Below are positions 1 to 11,203 of a stretch of DNA of 64,000 nucleotides, piece by piece. The position numbers and the translations under genes were made by a program. This DNA comes from Hanamia sp. (GTDB lineage: Bacteria; Bacteroidota; Bacteroidia; Chitinophagales; Chitinophagaceae), in the NCBI GenBank assembly GCA_035532615.1, contig DATKQQ010000076.1:483-64482 (forward strand). Reading direction: 5' to 3'. Below the pieces are notes generated by a model. It saw only the letters and a program-made list of their open reading frames with translations, did no database searches and was not told the DNA's origin. Position 1 is the stretch's first letter. Each line of letters opens with the position of its first letter.

Positions 1-106
1 TTAAAAATTTTAGTAACGCTAAAAGATAATGACCCATGCTACGCATGTTGAATTTTACCGGAAGGCCTGCTGAAAAAATTTAATAATAATAAAACGTTTT
101 AAACTC

Positions 107-1192
107 ATGTCAATTAAAGTAAAATTTGCTAAAGCAAACAGTTCTGATTTTTATTCTACACTTAATAAACGAGTAGAAGAATATTTTACAGGTAATAAAT
201 TATCAAAGAATGCCAACAGAATAATGATATTCAAAACGGTATTTTATCCTACCGTTTTAATTACAGCATACCTGTTTCTTATTTTAAACCAAAACCCCCT
301 TTTCGTTCAGTTCCTTCTGTGGATCGTACTCGGGTTTTTTACGGCCTTCGTCGGAGTTAATATTTCCCATGACGCCATTCATGGAGCCTTGTCAAAATAT
401 AAAAAAATGAACAGTATTCTCAGTTATACTTTCAATATAATTGGCGCCAATGCTTACTTGTGGAGTATTATGCATAATATTGTTCATCATACTTATACCA
501 ATATTGATGGCCATGATGAGGATATTGAATCCGTTCCTTTATTGAGGGTGTCGCCTCACCAGAAACTTCTGAAAATAAATCGCTATCAATATTGGTATGC
601 GTTTTTATTGTATGGCCTTGGATCTCTTAGCTGGGTTTTTGTAAAAGATTACGTAAAATTCTTTAAAAAGAAAATTGGGAATTACGAAAATAAAAAACAT
701 CCACGCATAGAATATTTTAATTTATTCTTTTTTAAGCTTGTTTACTATACTATCTTTTTAGTGCTGCCTATGATTTTCATCAATGCAGCGTGGTGGCAGG
801 TGTTACTTGGCTTTTTATTATTGCATTTTTGCGAGGGGATCACCATGGCTGTTATTTTCATGCTGGCACATATAGTTGAGGAAACAAATTTTCCTTTGCC
901 TGACGCAAAAGGGAATATAGAGAATTCGTGGGCAATTCATCAATTATATACTACGGCAGATTTTGGAAGAGGAAATAATCTTTTAAGTTTTCTTTGCGGG
1001 GGTCTGAATTTCCAGGTCGAGCATCATTTATTTCCACGTATTTGCCATGTACATTATAAAAAAATATCCGACATCGTTAAAAAAACGGCTGAAGAATATC
1101 ATCTGCCCTATTTTGCTAATCCTTCTTTTGCCGGGGCCATTATGTCCCACATCCGGCTATTGAAGAAACTGGGAAGAAAAGAATTTGCCTGA
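107..1192 (+). CDS. Membrane fatty-acid desaturase (three His-box family)
   Basis: 361-aa ORF with ATG start. His boxes HDAIHG, HNIVHH and QVEHHLFP. Several hydrophobic segments. Confidence 0.85.
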   Translation: MSIKVKFAKANSSDFYSTLNKRVEEYFTGNKLSKNANRIMIFKTVFYPTVLITAYLFLILNQNPLFVQFLLWIVLGFFTAFVGVNISHDAIHGALSKYKKMNSILSYTFNIIGANAYLWSIMHNIVHHTYTNIDGHDEDIESVPLLRVSPHQKLLKINRYQYWYAFLLYGLGSLSWVFVKDYVKFFKKKIGNYENKKHPRIEYFNLFFFKLVYYTIFLVLPMIFINAAWWQVLLGFLLLHFCEGITMAVIFMLAHIVEETNFPLPDAKGNIENSWAIHQLYTTADFGRGNNLLSFLCGGLNFQVEHHLFPRICHVHYKKISDIVKKTAEEYHLPYFANPSFAGAIMSHIRLLKKLGRKEFA

Positions 1193-1233
1193 TTACAATA
1201 ATGAAAAATTATTACGGATAGGGTTAAACGATC

Positions 1234-2136
1234 TTATACTTTTTCAAATACAAGCCTGAAATGATTCATTGTTTCATTTTCAAAACAAATTTTGTTGGGG
1301 CTTATTTTGAACACCTGCACCAGGTGACGGAATTCTTTATCAAAAAGATATTTAGGTAGAAGGGAAGCATATAAAGAGTATTTCTTCCATTGAAATTTTC
1401 GGAATTTCTTTCTCCATCTTTTTATCGTTTCTATATAATCATACCTGCCGCTGCTTTTTGAAATTAATTTAAAGTACGGCGCTGCATTTCTTATCACCTG
1501 CTCTTCACCATAAGGCAACCATGAGCCGGGAAATTGTTTTACCATTAAGGCCATTGCATACGAAGGAGAATTTTTATCGGCATCAACACTTACTTCTTCA
1601 AGTGGCATCATATTCTTATCGAAAACCATCGTCTGCATATAAAATCTGCCACCAGTGGGTAACAAATCGTTTAGTCCTTTAAAAAAATTGTGATACACTT
1701 CATCCTGTTTACCTTCTTTGTATTCTTCTATAGAGCAAAAGTGCTCCAGGCCGCCTATACACGTAACTGCATCAAAAGTTCCAAAATCATCAGGCTTAAT
1801 GTACCTGCAATCCTTAACCTTTACATCCAGACCATTCTTTACGCAGGCAGCGGCTTGCCCGCTTGATAAAGTAACCCCTATGCCATTTGCACTGCGGCCC
1901 TTTATATACTTTAGAAAAGGCCCCCAACCACATGCCATATCCAATACTTTAGTGTTGTTTTTTATGCCAAGGCTGTCTGCTATAAACTCGTGTTTTCTTT
2001 TTTGAGCTTCTTCAAGTGTCATTGAAAAATCGCCATCAAACCTGGCGCCACTGTAGTCTCCCATCTCTCCAATACTTAAACGAAATATTTCGTCAATAGT
2101 GGTATAAGTATAGTCAAGATCATTTTTAGAAGCCAT
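1234..2136 (-). CDS. Class I SAM-dependent methyltransferase, cyclopropane-fatty-acyl-phospholipid-synthase-like
   Basis: 300-aa ORF. SAM motif VLDMACGWGPF. Overall layout is CMAS-like. Convergent with the desaturase. Confidence 0.7.
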   Translation of the reverse strand: MASKNDLDYTYTTIDEIFRLSIGEMGDYSGARFDGDFSMTLEEAQKRKHEFIADSLGIKNNTKVLDMACGWGPFLKYIKGRSANGIGVTLSSGQAAACVKNGLDVKVKDCRYIKPDDFGTFDAVTCIGGLEHFCSIEEYKEGKQDEVYHNFFKGLNDLLPTGGRFYMQTMVFDKNMMPLEEVSVDADKNSPSYAMALMVKQFPGSWLPYGEEQVIRNAAPYFKLISKSSGRYDYIETIKRWRKKFRKFQWKKYSLYASLLPKYLFDKEFRHLVQVFKISPNKICFENETMNHFRLVFEKV

Positions 2137-2402
2137 TTTAAAATTATTTTATAGGTATATTAATGCAGGACAATTTACATCGATTTTTTGCTTCACAAAT
2201 GCTAAATTAAGATTGTTTCGATTTCGGCAGTCCATGTTTTCATACATCACCATTTAACTTCCCAAATCTATTCCATAATAGAGCAACACAAAATCATAAC
2301 AATTAAAAGAATCACGGTTCAAACAATTAAGCAAAAGAAATCTTGTCAATTAAAAATCATCGAAATTTGTTGCTTTACTGTATTTTTAATCACTGAATAA
2401 AA

Positions 2403-3656
2403 ATGAAAAATCAAAAAATTATCCCCCTATTATTTTTTTTCTCTTTTTCCGTTTTTGTTTCACAGGCACAGCAAGCCGGCGAAAAAATAAAGCGTGACAA
2501 ACTTACAAAAAATGTTGATAGCATATTGCAAAGCCAGGTAAACAGTAACCGGATTCCGGGCGCCGTAATTGAAATTAAAAAAGGCAACCAGGTGCTTTGT
2601 AAAAAGGCATTTGGTTATGCCCAAAGAAATGATTACGAAAACAAACCGCTCGCTGATCCGGTAAAGATGACCACAGACGATCTGTTTGATCTTGCTTCGC
2701 TGACTAAGGTAGTGGGCACTACCACATCTATCATGCTGCTGGTGGACAGAGGGCTTATTAAAGTAGATGACCCGGTAGGTAAATATATTCCAGCATTTAA
2801 TGTGGGAGATAAAAAACAAATTACTATTCGCAACTTGCTAACTCATACTGCAGGCCTTTTGACATGGTACCCGCTTTTTTACCGGGCTTCCAATAAACAG
2901 GAAGCATATAAATTGATTGGCGAATTGCCTTTGGCTTTTCCTGTTGGTGAAGTAAGGAAGTACAGCGATTTGGGTTTTATTCTTTTGGGCGAAATAATAG
3001 AAAAGGTTTCCGGGATGCCGTTAGATCAATTTGACCAAAAAAATATTTTTATACCACTTGGTATGCACCACACAACTTACAATCCGCTTACTAAAAATCA
3101 GTTTACAAAATTTGCGGCAACCTCACATGGCAATCCATTTGAAACTAGAATGGTGCATGATACCTCGCTCGGTTACGTGTTTAAGGAAATAGATCCCAAT
3201 CAATGGAATGGATGGCGCCATTATACTTTGCGGGGAGAAGTAAATGATGGTAACGCCTGGTATGCACTTCATGGTGTTGGCGGTCATGCAGGTTTGTTTT
3301 CTACCGTTGATGATTTGCAGAAGTTGGTTGATATGCTCATGCATGATGGCAAAGTGGGTTTCAAACAATTTATTTCTAAAAAGACCATAAAATTATTTTT
3401 AACGAAAGATGATTTTAAAAATGGCCTTGGCTGGATGATGGATACTGATGATTCATTTATAAAAAATGGACCTGTAGGTACTTTTGGGCATCTGGGTTTT
3501 ACCGGAACCAGCATTGCAGTGGTTCCTTCATTAGATATTTCTGTGATCTTATTAATTAATCGTCAGAATATGGGATTATTAAATGCAGGATATTATTACA
3601 ATCCTAATCCGATTCGAAGGGAAATATTCGATGCTGTTTTGCATTATTGTAAATAG
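2403..3656 (+). CDS. Serine hydrolase, beta-lactamase/PBP family (secreted)
   Basis: N-terminal signal peptide. SxxK motif ASLTKV. Length is typical of class C-like esterases. Confidence 0.8.
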   Translation: MKNQKIIPLLFFFSFSVFVSQAQQAGEKIKRDKLTKNVDSILQSQVNSNRIPGAVIEIKKGNQVLCKKAFGYAQRNDYENKPLADPVKMTTDDLFDLASLTKVVGTTTSIMLLVDRGLIKVDDPVGKYIPAFNVGDKKQITIRNLLTHTAGLLTWYPLFYRASNKQEAYKLIGELPLAFPVGEVRKYSDLGFILLGEIIEKVSGMPLDQFDQKNIFIPLGMHHTTYNPLTKNQFTKFAATSHGNPFETRMVHDTSLGYVFKEIDPNQWNGWRHYTLRGEVNDGNAWYALHGVGGHAGLFSTVDDLQKLVDMLMHDGKVGFKQFISKKTIKLFLTKDDFKNGLGWMMDTDDSFIKNGPVGTFGHLGFTGTSIAVVPSLDISVILLINRQNMGLLNAGYYYNPNPIRREIFDAVLHYCK

Positions 3657-3841
3657 AGTATTTAATATTTTGCCTGCTGAAATTTTATTCTGAAATCCCA
3701 GTCACCTTTTTAAAGTAAATGAAATAGAATTCAAAAAGGACTGAATAAAAGTTCTTATAAGAATCGGACTATCTCAGGGATTTTGTTTCATGAATTTGAA
3801 AGACTTTTGTAGCTATTGGCTTTGCTCTTAAATTTCAATTT

Positions 3842-5578
3842 ATGAACCGGAGAAATTTTGTTGAATGGATCACATTAAGTGGCGGCGCTATTGTGTCCGG
3901 AACAATTCCGGGTTTTTCAAAATCAGTTAAAGCATTTACAAGGAATAAAAATTTGAATAATAGTGAAAATGAATTTCCTGCAGATGTTGTGATTGCAGGT
4001 GCAGGACTGGGAGGATTTGCCGCAACAATGGCCGCTTTGCGAAATGGTTTGTCAGTAATACTTACAGAAGAAACCAATTGGATAGGGGGACAATTAACCC
4101 AGCAAGGTTTGAGTTGCCCGGACGAACATCCCTGGATTGAAACTCATGGTGCTACCCAGTTGTATCGTGATTTTAGAATCGCTGTTCGTGAATATTATTT
4201 ACGAAATTATCCATTGACCCAATCAGCAAGAACACGAAAAAATTTGAACCCGGGCGATGGATTGGTTTCACGATTATGTTTTGAACCGCGCGTAGCCATT
4301 TCAGTTATGTATAGTATGCTTGCTCCCTATATTAATTCAGGTAAACTCAGGCTTTTGTTACAACATAAGATAATTAGTGCAGATGTATCCTGCAATAAAG
4401 TGAATGCATTAAAAGCGCTAACTACTACAGGTGATAAAAAAGAAGTTTGGCTTAAAGCACCTTATTTTATTGATGCTACTGAATTGGGAGATTTGCTGCC
4501 AATTACAGGAACTGAATATGTGACAGGATCAGAGTCACGGCATGAAACCCATGAATTGCATGCTTCCGAAAAAGCGGATCCAAAAAATATCCAGGCATTT
4601 ACTTTTTGTTTGGTTATGGATTATATTCATGGTTCAAATTATACAATTGACAAGCCGGCCCAGTATGATTTCTGGAAAAATTTTATCCCTAATCTTACTC
4701 CTCCATGGCCGGGAAAACTATTGGATCTTTCTTATTCCATTCCATCCACATTACAACCTAAGAATCTGGGATTTAGCCCTGACGGCACTTCTACGGGTAG
4801 TCTTTTGAATCTTTGGAATTATCGAAGAATTATCAATAAAGAAAATTTTAAGCCAGGCACTTTCAAGGGGGATATTTCCATTATAAACTGGCCACAAAAT
4901 GATTACATGACCGGCAGCCTTATTGATGTTCCTGAAGAAGAATTTATAAAACATATTGAAAATTCAAAACAATTGAGCTTATCTCTTTTTTACTGGTTGC
5001 AGACAGAAGCCCCGCATTCTAATGGAGGTAAGGGCTGGCCGGGATTAAGGCTACGTGGCGATGTGTATGGAACAGACGACGGTTTGGCAAAATATCCTTA
5101 CAACCGTGAATCCCGTCGAATCAAATCTGTATTTACGATCCTTGAAGAGCACGTAGGCAAGGCTAATCGCGCTTTGATTACAGGTAAAGAATCAGGCAAT
5201 AAAGCGGCTAATTTTTTTGATAGTGTAGGCACCGGATATTATCACATTGACCTTCATCCCACCATTGCAGGAAATAATTATATTGATTTTGATTCTCTGC
5301 CTTTTCAAATTCCGCTTGGTGCGCTTTTGCCGGTGAGAATGGAAAATTTATTTCCTGCAAATAAGAACATTGGAACCACACATATTACTAATGGATGTTA
5401 CCGCCTTCATCCGGTGGAATGGGGTATTGGAGAAGCCGCAGGTATGTTGATTGCCTTTTCTCAAATGAAGAAAGTAACGCCTCATTCAATACGTGAGAAA
5501 TCTGTTCTACTTGAAGATTTTCAAAATTTTATTCGTTCGCAGGGATTAGAAACTCATTGGCCAAAGGATATAGTATAA
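3842..5578 (+). CDS. FAD-dependent oxidoreductase with Tat signal
   Basis: Twin-arginine N-terminus MNRRNF. Dinucleotide-binding motif VVIAGAGLGGFAAT. Confidence 0.7.
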   Translation: MNRRNFVEWITLSGGAIVSGTIPGFSKSVKAFTRNKNLNNSENEFPADVVIAGAGLGGFAATMAALRNGLSVILTEETNWIGGQLTQQGLSCPDEHPWIETHGATQLYRDFRIAVREYYLRNYPLTQSARTRKNLNPGDGLVSRLCFEPRVAISVMYSMLAPYINSGKLRLLLQHKIISADVSCNKVNALKALTTTGDKKEVWLKAPYFIDATELGDLLPITGTEYVTGSESRHETHELHASEKADPKNIQAFTFCLVMDYIHGSNYTIDKPAQYDFWKNFIPNLTPPWPGKLLDLSYSIPSTLQPKNLGFSPDGTSTGSLLNLWNYRRIINKENFKPGTFKGDISIINWPQNDYMTGSLIDVPEEEFIKHIENSKQLSLSLFYWLQTEAPHSNGGKGWPGLRLRGDVYGTDDGLAKYPYNRESRRIKSVFTILEEHVGKANRALITGKESGNKAANFFDSVGTGYYHIDLHPTIAGNNYIDFDSLPFQIPLGALLPVRMENLFPANKNIGTTHITNGCYRLHPVEWGIGEAAGMLIAFSQMKKVTPHSIREKSVLLEDFQNFIRSQGLETHWPKDIV

Positions 5579-5692
5579 AAAAATATATCAACATCGTACT
5601 TATGAAATGTAGGCGAAAATTAATTTAGAAAGTTTTAAGAATTATCGCGAAATTAGCACGAACCATAAGATCCAATTTTCTAAAATAATTAA

Positions 5693-6304
5693 ATGAAAAG
5701 AAGACGTTTTCTATCCTCGATGGCTATCATACTTCCAGCCACAATAGTTAGTACCGAATTTCTTTTTTCTTCCTGTAAGTCTGACGTAAAAGAAGAATAT
5801 TTTACTGATGAAATTATAAAACTCTTAGATGAAATTGGAGAAACTATTATTCCTGCAACTTCTACCTCGCCAGGAGCGAAGGCAGCCAGGATAGGAGCGT
5901 TTATGAAGATATATGTAACGGATTGTTATACTCCTGAACAACAAATAATTTTTTGGAATGGAATTGATAAGATAAAAGAGCTTAGCAAAAATAAATTTCC
6001 GCAATTAGCGCTTTCACAAAAAATGGCGATACTCCATGTATTGGAAGATGAATCTGTTGAATATGCAAAAAACAAAAAAAGTAACACCGGGGGAAACGGA
6101 GATGCTGTACAGACAGGGAAAGGGAATTCAGACAAAATGAATAACAGCAATCCTCATTTTTATCCAATGATAAAAGAACTGACTTTGTTTGGGTTTTTTA
6201 CTTCGCAACCCGGCGCTACCCAGGCCCTTCGATATATACAAACTCCCGGATCTTACCAGGGAAATGTTCCTTATAAAAAAGGTGACAAAGCATGGGCAAC
6301 ATGA
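5693..6304 (+). CDS. Gluconate 2-dehydrogenase subunit 3-like Tat lipoprotein
   Basis: MKRRRFLSS Tat motif and LFSSC lipobox. Lies directly upstream of a GMC oxidoreductase, the usual pairing. Confidence 0.6.
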   Translation: MKRRRFLSSMAIILPATIVSTEFLFSSCKSDVKEEYFTDEIIKLLDEIGETIIPATSTSPGAKAARIGAFMKIYVTDCYTPEQQIIFWNGIDKIKELSKNKFPQLALSQKMAILHVLEDESVEYAKNKKSNTGGNGDAVQTGKGNSDKMNNSNPHFYPMIKELTLFGFFTSQPGATQALRYIQTPGSYQGNVPYKKGDKAWAT

Positions 6305-6350
6305 TTAAAGCGGTTAGAAAAATTATTTTAAATAAGTAATTAAACCAGGA

Positions 6351-8066
6351 ATGGGAAACATAAATTCAAAAGGGATTGAAAAAAATACATTCGACGCTAT
6401 CGTGATTGGCTCCGGAATAAGCGGCGGTTGGGCGGCTAAAGAGTTATGCGAACATGGAATCAAAACTTTAGTTTTAGAAAGAGGGAGAAATGTAAGGCAT
6501 CTTATAGATTACCCAACCATGTCTAAAGATCCCTGGGATTTTCCGCATCGCAATAATCTCACTTTGAAAGAAATTGAAGAAAATCCTGTTGTTTCCAAAT
6601 GTTATGCGTTCAGAGAAGATGCGATGCAGTTTTTTGTAAAAGATAAAGAGCATCCATACATCCAGGAGAAACCTTTTGATTGGATACGTGGATACCAGGT
6701 AGGAGGGAAGTCGCTGATATGGGCAAGGCAAACACAGCGATGGAGCAAATATGATTTTGAAGGCCCTGGAAGAGATGGATTTGCGGTTGACTGGCCGATT
6801 CGCTATGAAGACCTGGCTCCCTGGTATAGCCATGTTGAAAAATTTGTAGGAATCAGTGGAAATAAAGATGGATTGGAAACTTTGCCAGATGGAGAATTTT
6901 TGCCTGCATGGGAAATGAACGTGGTTGAGAAATCCATGCAGAAAAGAATTATGGATAATTATAAAGATCGAAATGTAATCATAGGGCGTTGTGCTCATTT
7001 AACCAAACCCAAAGAAATACATTTAGAACAGGGTAGGGGCCAATGCCAGGCGAGAAATCTATGTCAACGCGGATGCCCGTTTGGCGCTTATTTCAGTTCC
7101 AACTCTTCTACGATACCCTGGGCTGCCAAAACCGGGAATCTTACCCTTCGACCCGATTCTGTAGTTCATTCCATTATTTATGATGATAAAAAAAATAAAG
7201 CTACAGGAGTAAGAGTAATTGATGCACACACGAAAATGATTACAGAATATCTTGCAAAGGTCATCTTTGTAAATGCCGCTGCATTAAATTCAAATCTTGT
7301 TTTACTCAATTCCACTTCGACCCGTTTTCCCAATGGACTTGGTAATGATAATGGACTGCTGGGTAAGTATGTAGCGTTTCAAAATTACAGGGGAACGCTT
7401 AATGCAAGCATGGATGGATTCCTGGATTCCTATTATTATGGCCGGCGCCCTTGCGCAGTTATGATGCCTAATTTTCGGAATGTTTATAAACAGGAAATGG
7501 ATTTTCTTCGGGGTTACATGGTTTTTTTCAGCGCATATCGCGGAGGTTGGAATCATGCTGTTCCGGGAGACCAAATGGGCGCAGAATTTAAACAGGCAGA
7601 AACTGAACCAGGAAGCTGGGGTGTTTCTATGATGATGCAGGGCGAAACAATTCCTAAAGAATCAAACCGCGTATTTCTTAGTAAAGATCAGAAAGATGAA
7701 TGGGGAATTCCATTATTATCTATTGATGTAGGGTATGATGACAATGATGAAAAATCTCTGAAAGATTTTCTGAATCAGGGCGTGGAAATGTTGGATAAAG
7801 CGGGTTGTAAAAATATTACCACTAATGACAGCAAGCAGGCACCGGGACTGGATATTCATGAAGTGGGAGGCGTAAGGATGGGTAAGAATTCTAAAACATC
7901 TCTTTTAAATAAATGGAACCAAATGCATGAATGCCCAAATGTTTTTGTAACAGATGGTGCCTGCATGACTTCAACCGGAACTCAAAATCCATCAATCACT
8001 TTTATGGCATTAACTGCAAGAGCAGCCAACCACGCAATAGAAGAATTAAAAAAAGGAAATCTTTAA
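6351..8066 (+). CDS. GMC family oxidoreductase
   Basis: N-terminal FAD motif VIGSGISGGWAAKEL. C-terminal GMC-type region with HEVGGVRMG. Confidence 0.85.
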   Translation: MGNINSKGIEKNTFDAIVIGSGISGGWAAKELCEHGIKTLVLERGRNVRHLIDYPTMSKDPWDFPHRNNLTLKEIEENPVVSKCYAFREDAMQFFVKDKEHPYIQEKPFDWIRGYQVGGKSLIWARQTQRWSKYDFEGPGRDGFAVDWPIRYEDLAPWYSHVEKFVGISGNKDGLETLPDGEFLPAWEMNVVEKSMQKRIMDNYKDRNVIIGRCAHLTKPKEIHLEQGRGQCQARNLCQRGCPFGAYFSSNSSTIPWAAKTGNLTLRPDSVVHSIIYDDKKNKATGVRVIDAHTKMITEYLAKVIFVNAAALNSNLVLLNSTSTRFPNGLGNDNGLLGKYVAFQNYRGTLNASMDGFLDSYYYGRRPCAVMMPNFRNVYKQEMDFLRGYMVFFSAYRGGWNHAVPGDQMGAEFKQAETEPGSWGVSMMMQGETIPKESNRVFLSKDQKDEWGIPLLSIDVGYDDNDEKSLKDFLNQGVEMLDKAGCKNITTNDSKQAPGLDIHEVGGVRMGKNSKTSLLNKWNQMHECPNVFVTDGACMTSTGTQNPSITFMALTARAANHAIEELKKGNL

Positions 8067-8127
8067 TTAAGTATTTTTATTCCTAAATTATTTTTTTCAC
8101 TATTTTTTTGTTCAACTTATTTAATTA

Positions 8128-9462
8128 ATGGCATCATTGGAAAGAAGGCTTAGCCTCTGGCATGCATCTGCTATCAATATGACAGATATGGTAGGTATCG
8201 GCCCGTTCATTACTTTGCCCATGGTAATAGGAATGATGAATGGCCCTTATTTTCTGTATGCGTGGTTAGCAGGAGCGTTTTTATCTATAGTTGATGGTAT
8301 GGTGTGGAGCGAACTTGGCGCGGCGTTCCCAAGAGCCGGTGGAAGCTATAATTTTTTAAAAGAAGCATACGGAAAAAATGGTGCCGGTAAAATGATGAGT
8401 TTTTTATTTGTATGGCAAACGATGATACAAGCTCCCCTGGTAATAGCTTCCGCGGCAATCGGCTTTGCAAAATATTTTTCTTTCCTTGTTCCATTAACGG
8501 ATGTAACGGAAAAATTTGTAAGCGGAGGGGTAGTTATTTTAATTGTGATTTTATTGTATAGAAAAATAGATGCTATTGGTAAGATCAGTATCTTTTTGTG
8601 GAGTGGGGTTATCATTACCATGTTCTGGATTATTGGCGGAGGAATTGTTCATGGGAATTTTTTGGAACCTATTAAAAATATTAATTCAGGTATATCAGTT
8701 GATTATGCTTTTGTTACCGCAATTGGCTTCGCAAGTGTAAAATCGGTGTATAGCTATCTCGGTTATTATAATGTATGCCACTTGGGAAGTGAAATAAAAA
8801 ATCCTTCTAAAAATATTCCCCGAAGCATGTTTATTTCTATTATCGGAGTTGCCATTTTATATTTTTTTATGAATGTAAGTGTGGTGAGTGTGATCCCATG
8901 GCAACAGGCAAAAGACAGTGATTTTGTGATCAGCGAATTCATGGAAGTGTTGCTTGGTCATAATGCCGCGGTCATTGTTACCTGTCTTATTTTATGGGTT
9001 GCGTTTGCATCTGTATTTTCTGCAACGCTTGGCTACAGCCGTATTCCGTATGCTGCGGCAGCAGATGGAGAATTTTTTAAAATATTTGCGAAGTTACATC
9101 CTACTAAAAATTTTCCTTATGTTTCCATATTATTTTTAGGAAGTGTAGCTTTTAGTCTCAGCATGTTTCTCAAGCTAAGCGAAGTGATAAGTGCAATCCT
9201 GGCGATGCGGATTATGATACAGTTTATTGGGCAAGCAATAGGATTACTCATTTTGCGAAGCAAAAGAAACAGCGATGAATTTCCTTATAAGATGCCTTTG
9301 TTTCCTTTGCCTGTATTTCTGGCAATAGCAATGTGGTTATTTATACTTATCTCTACCGGAAGCAAATTAATGGTCAGTGGATTGATTGTAATTTTCCTCG
9401 GAACAATCGTTTATTTTATTAAGGCAAAGTTTCAAAAGGAATGGCCGTTTGGGTCAATTTGA
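8128..9462 (+). CDS. APC-family amino-acid permease
   Basis: 444 aa with about 12 hydrophobic helices. The N-terminal region is APC-like. Confidence 0.8.
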   Translation: MASLERRLSLWHASAINMTDMVGIGPFITLPMVIGMMNGPYFLYAWLAGAFLSIVDGMVWSELGAAFPRAGGSYNFLKEAYGKNGAGKMMSFLFVWQTMIQAPLVIASAAIGFAKYFSFLVPLTDVTEKFVSGGVVILIVILLYRKIDAIGKISIFLWSGVIITMFWIIGGGIVHGNFLEPIKNINSGISVDYAFVTAIGFASVKSVYSYLGYYNVCHLGSEIKNPSKNIPRSMFISIIGVAILYFFMNVSVVSVIPWQQAKDSDFVISEFMEVLLGHNAAVIVTCLILWVAFASVFSATLGYSRIPYAAAADGEFFKIFAKLHPTKNFPYVSILFLGSVAFSLSMFLKLSEVISAILAMRIMIQFIGQAIGLLILRSKRNSDEFPYKMPLFPLPVFLAIAMWLFILISTGSKLMVSGLIVIFLGTIVYFIKAKFQKEWPFGSI

Positions 9463-9524
9463 ACTCGAGAAATGAAATAAAAATATTTCACAGTAAACGA
9501 ATCTTTATTGAATATTTCTATTTT

Positions 9525-11000
9525 TTAATACGCCCTTGCAAACAAAACCCTTTCGTGGCTTACCTTCCCGGTGAGAATACATTTCCCTTCCTCTTTTGTA
9601 TTATTTAAAGGAATGCAACGGATAGTGGCCTTAGAAAGTTCTTTAATTTTTTCTTCTGTTTCAGCAGTTCCATCCCAATGTGCTGAAATGAACCCTCCTT
9701 TCTCATCAAGAAGTCTTCCAAATTCATCCCATGTGTTGGCTTTAGTAATATGAGCTTCACGATACTCTTTTGCTTTTTGATAAATATTATTTTGAATATC
9801 TTCAAGCAATATCAAAACTGTTTTGGCAAGTCCATCGAGAAATACTGATTCTTTTGTTTTTTTATCTCTTCTTGAAACTTCAGCCACATTATTTTCCAGG
9901 TCACGCGCGCCAATTGCAATTCTTACCGGTACACCTTTCATTTCATATTCTGCAAATTTCCATCCAGGGCGGCGGCTATCATCATCGTCATATTTTACAG
10001 TAACTCCCAAAGCTTTAAAATCTTCAATTAAAGGAATTATCTTTTTATCAATTAATTTTTTTTGTTCATCGCCTTTAAAAATAGGTACGATTACCACTTG
10101 TATTGGTGCCAATTTTGGCGGAAGTATTAGTCCGTCATCATCACTGTGTGCCATCACCAGGGCGCCTATTAGACGAGTGCTCACGCCCCAGCTTGTAGCC
10201 CATACATAATCCAATTTATTTTCTTTGTCACTGAATTTTACATCAAATGCTTTGGCAAAATTCTGACCTAGAAAATGAGAGGTACCGGATTGTAAGGCTT
10301 TACCATCCTGCATCAAAGCTTCTATACAATACGTATCTACGGCGCCGGCAAAGCGTTCATTGATACTTTTTACACCTTTTATTACCGGCATGGCCATCCA
10401 TTCTTCCGCAAATTCCGCATACACATCCAGTATCTTCATAGTTTCGTCTATGGCTTCCTGTGATGTAGCATGAGCGGTGTGGCCTTCCTGCCATAAAAAT
10501 TCTGTAGTGCGTAAAAAAAGCCGTGTCCTCATTTCCCATCTTACTACATTGGCCCATTGATTTATAAGCAAGGGAAGATCTCTGTATGATTGTATCCAGG
10601 TTTTGTAAGTATTCCAGATTATGGTTTCAGACGTGGGGCGTATGATCAATTCCTCTTCCAATTTTGCTTCGGGATCTACAATAATACCACCGCCATTTGG
10701 GTCATTTTTTAGTCTGTAATGAGTTACCACCGCACATTCTTTGGCAAACCCTTCCACATGCGCCGCTTCTTTACTTAAAAAACTTTTCGGAATAAAAAGC
10801 GGAAAGTAGGCATTCTGATGACCGGTTTCCTTGAAACGTTTATCCAATTGATTGCGCATGTTTTCCCAGAGTGCAAATCCATAAGGTTTAATAACCATGC
10901 AACCACGCACTGCACTATAATCTGCAAGCCCGGCTTTAATAATTATATCATTGTACCATTGCGAATAATCCTGTTCTCTGCTTGTGATTTCTTTACTCAT
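9525..11000 (-). CDS. proS: Proline--tRNA ligase (archaeal/eukaryote-type)
   Basis: 491 aa with class II aaRS motifs and a conserved C-terminus ending ...FARAY. Confidence 0.95.
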   Translation of the reverse strand: MSKEITSREQDYSQWYNDIIIKAGLADYSAVRGCMVIKPYGFALWENMRNQLDKRFKETGHQNAYFPLFIPKSFLSKEAAHVEGFAKECAVVTHYRLKNDPNGGGIIVDPEAKLEEELIIRPTSETIIWNTYKTWIQSYRDLPLLINQWANVVRWEMRTRLFLRTTEFLWQEGHTAHATSQEAIDETMKILDVYAEFAEEWMAMPVIKGVKSINERFAGAVDTYCIEALMQDGKALQSGTSHFLGQNFAKAFDVKFSDKENKLDYVWATSWGVSTRLIGALVMAHSDDDGLILPPKLAPIQVVIVPIFKGDEQKKLIDKKIIPLIEDFKALGVTVKYDDDDSRRPGWKFAEYEMKGVPVRIAIGARDLENNVAEVSRRDKKTKESVFLDGLAKTVLILLEDIQNNIYQKAKEYREAHITKANTWDEFGRLLDEKGGFISAHWDGTAETEEKIKELSKATIRCIPLNNTKEEGKCILTGKVSHERVLFARAY

Positions 11001-11203
11001 TTGTATTAACTATTTTATATGTGTTTATTTTTTTGATTCGATAAAATTGCATCCAGTTTTATAATTAAAATTCCTATTTGAATATTTTTAACTGCCGTTC
11101 ATAAAATCATTCTCAGTTATGTAATATTTTATGCTTAAATTTACGGTAAAATGACGCAAAAATAAACGTTCATTAGTTATAAAACTTTTTAAAACTTAAA
11201 GCC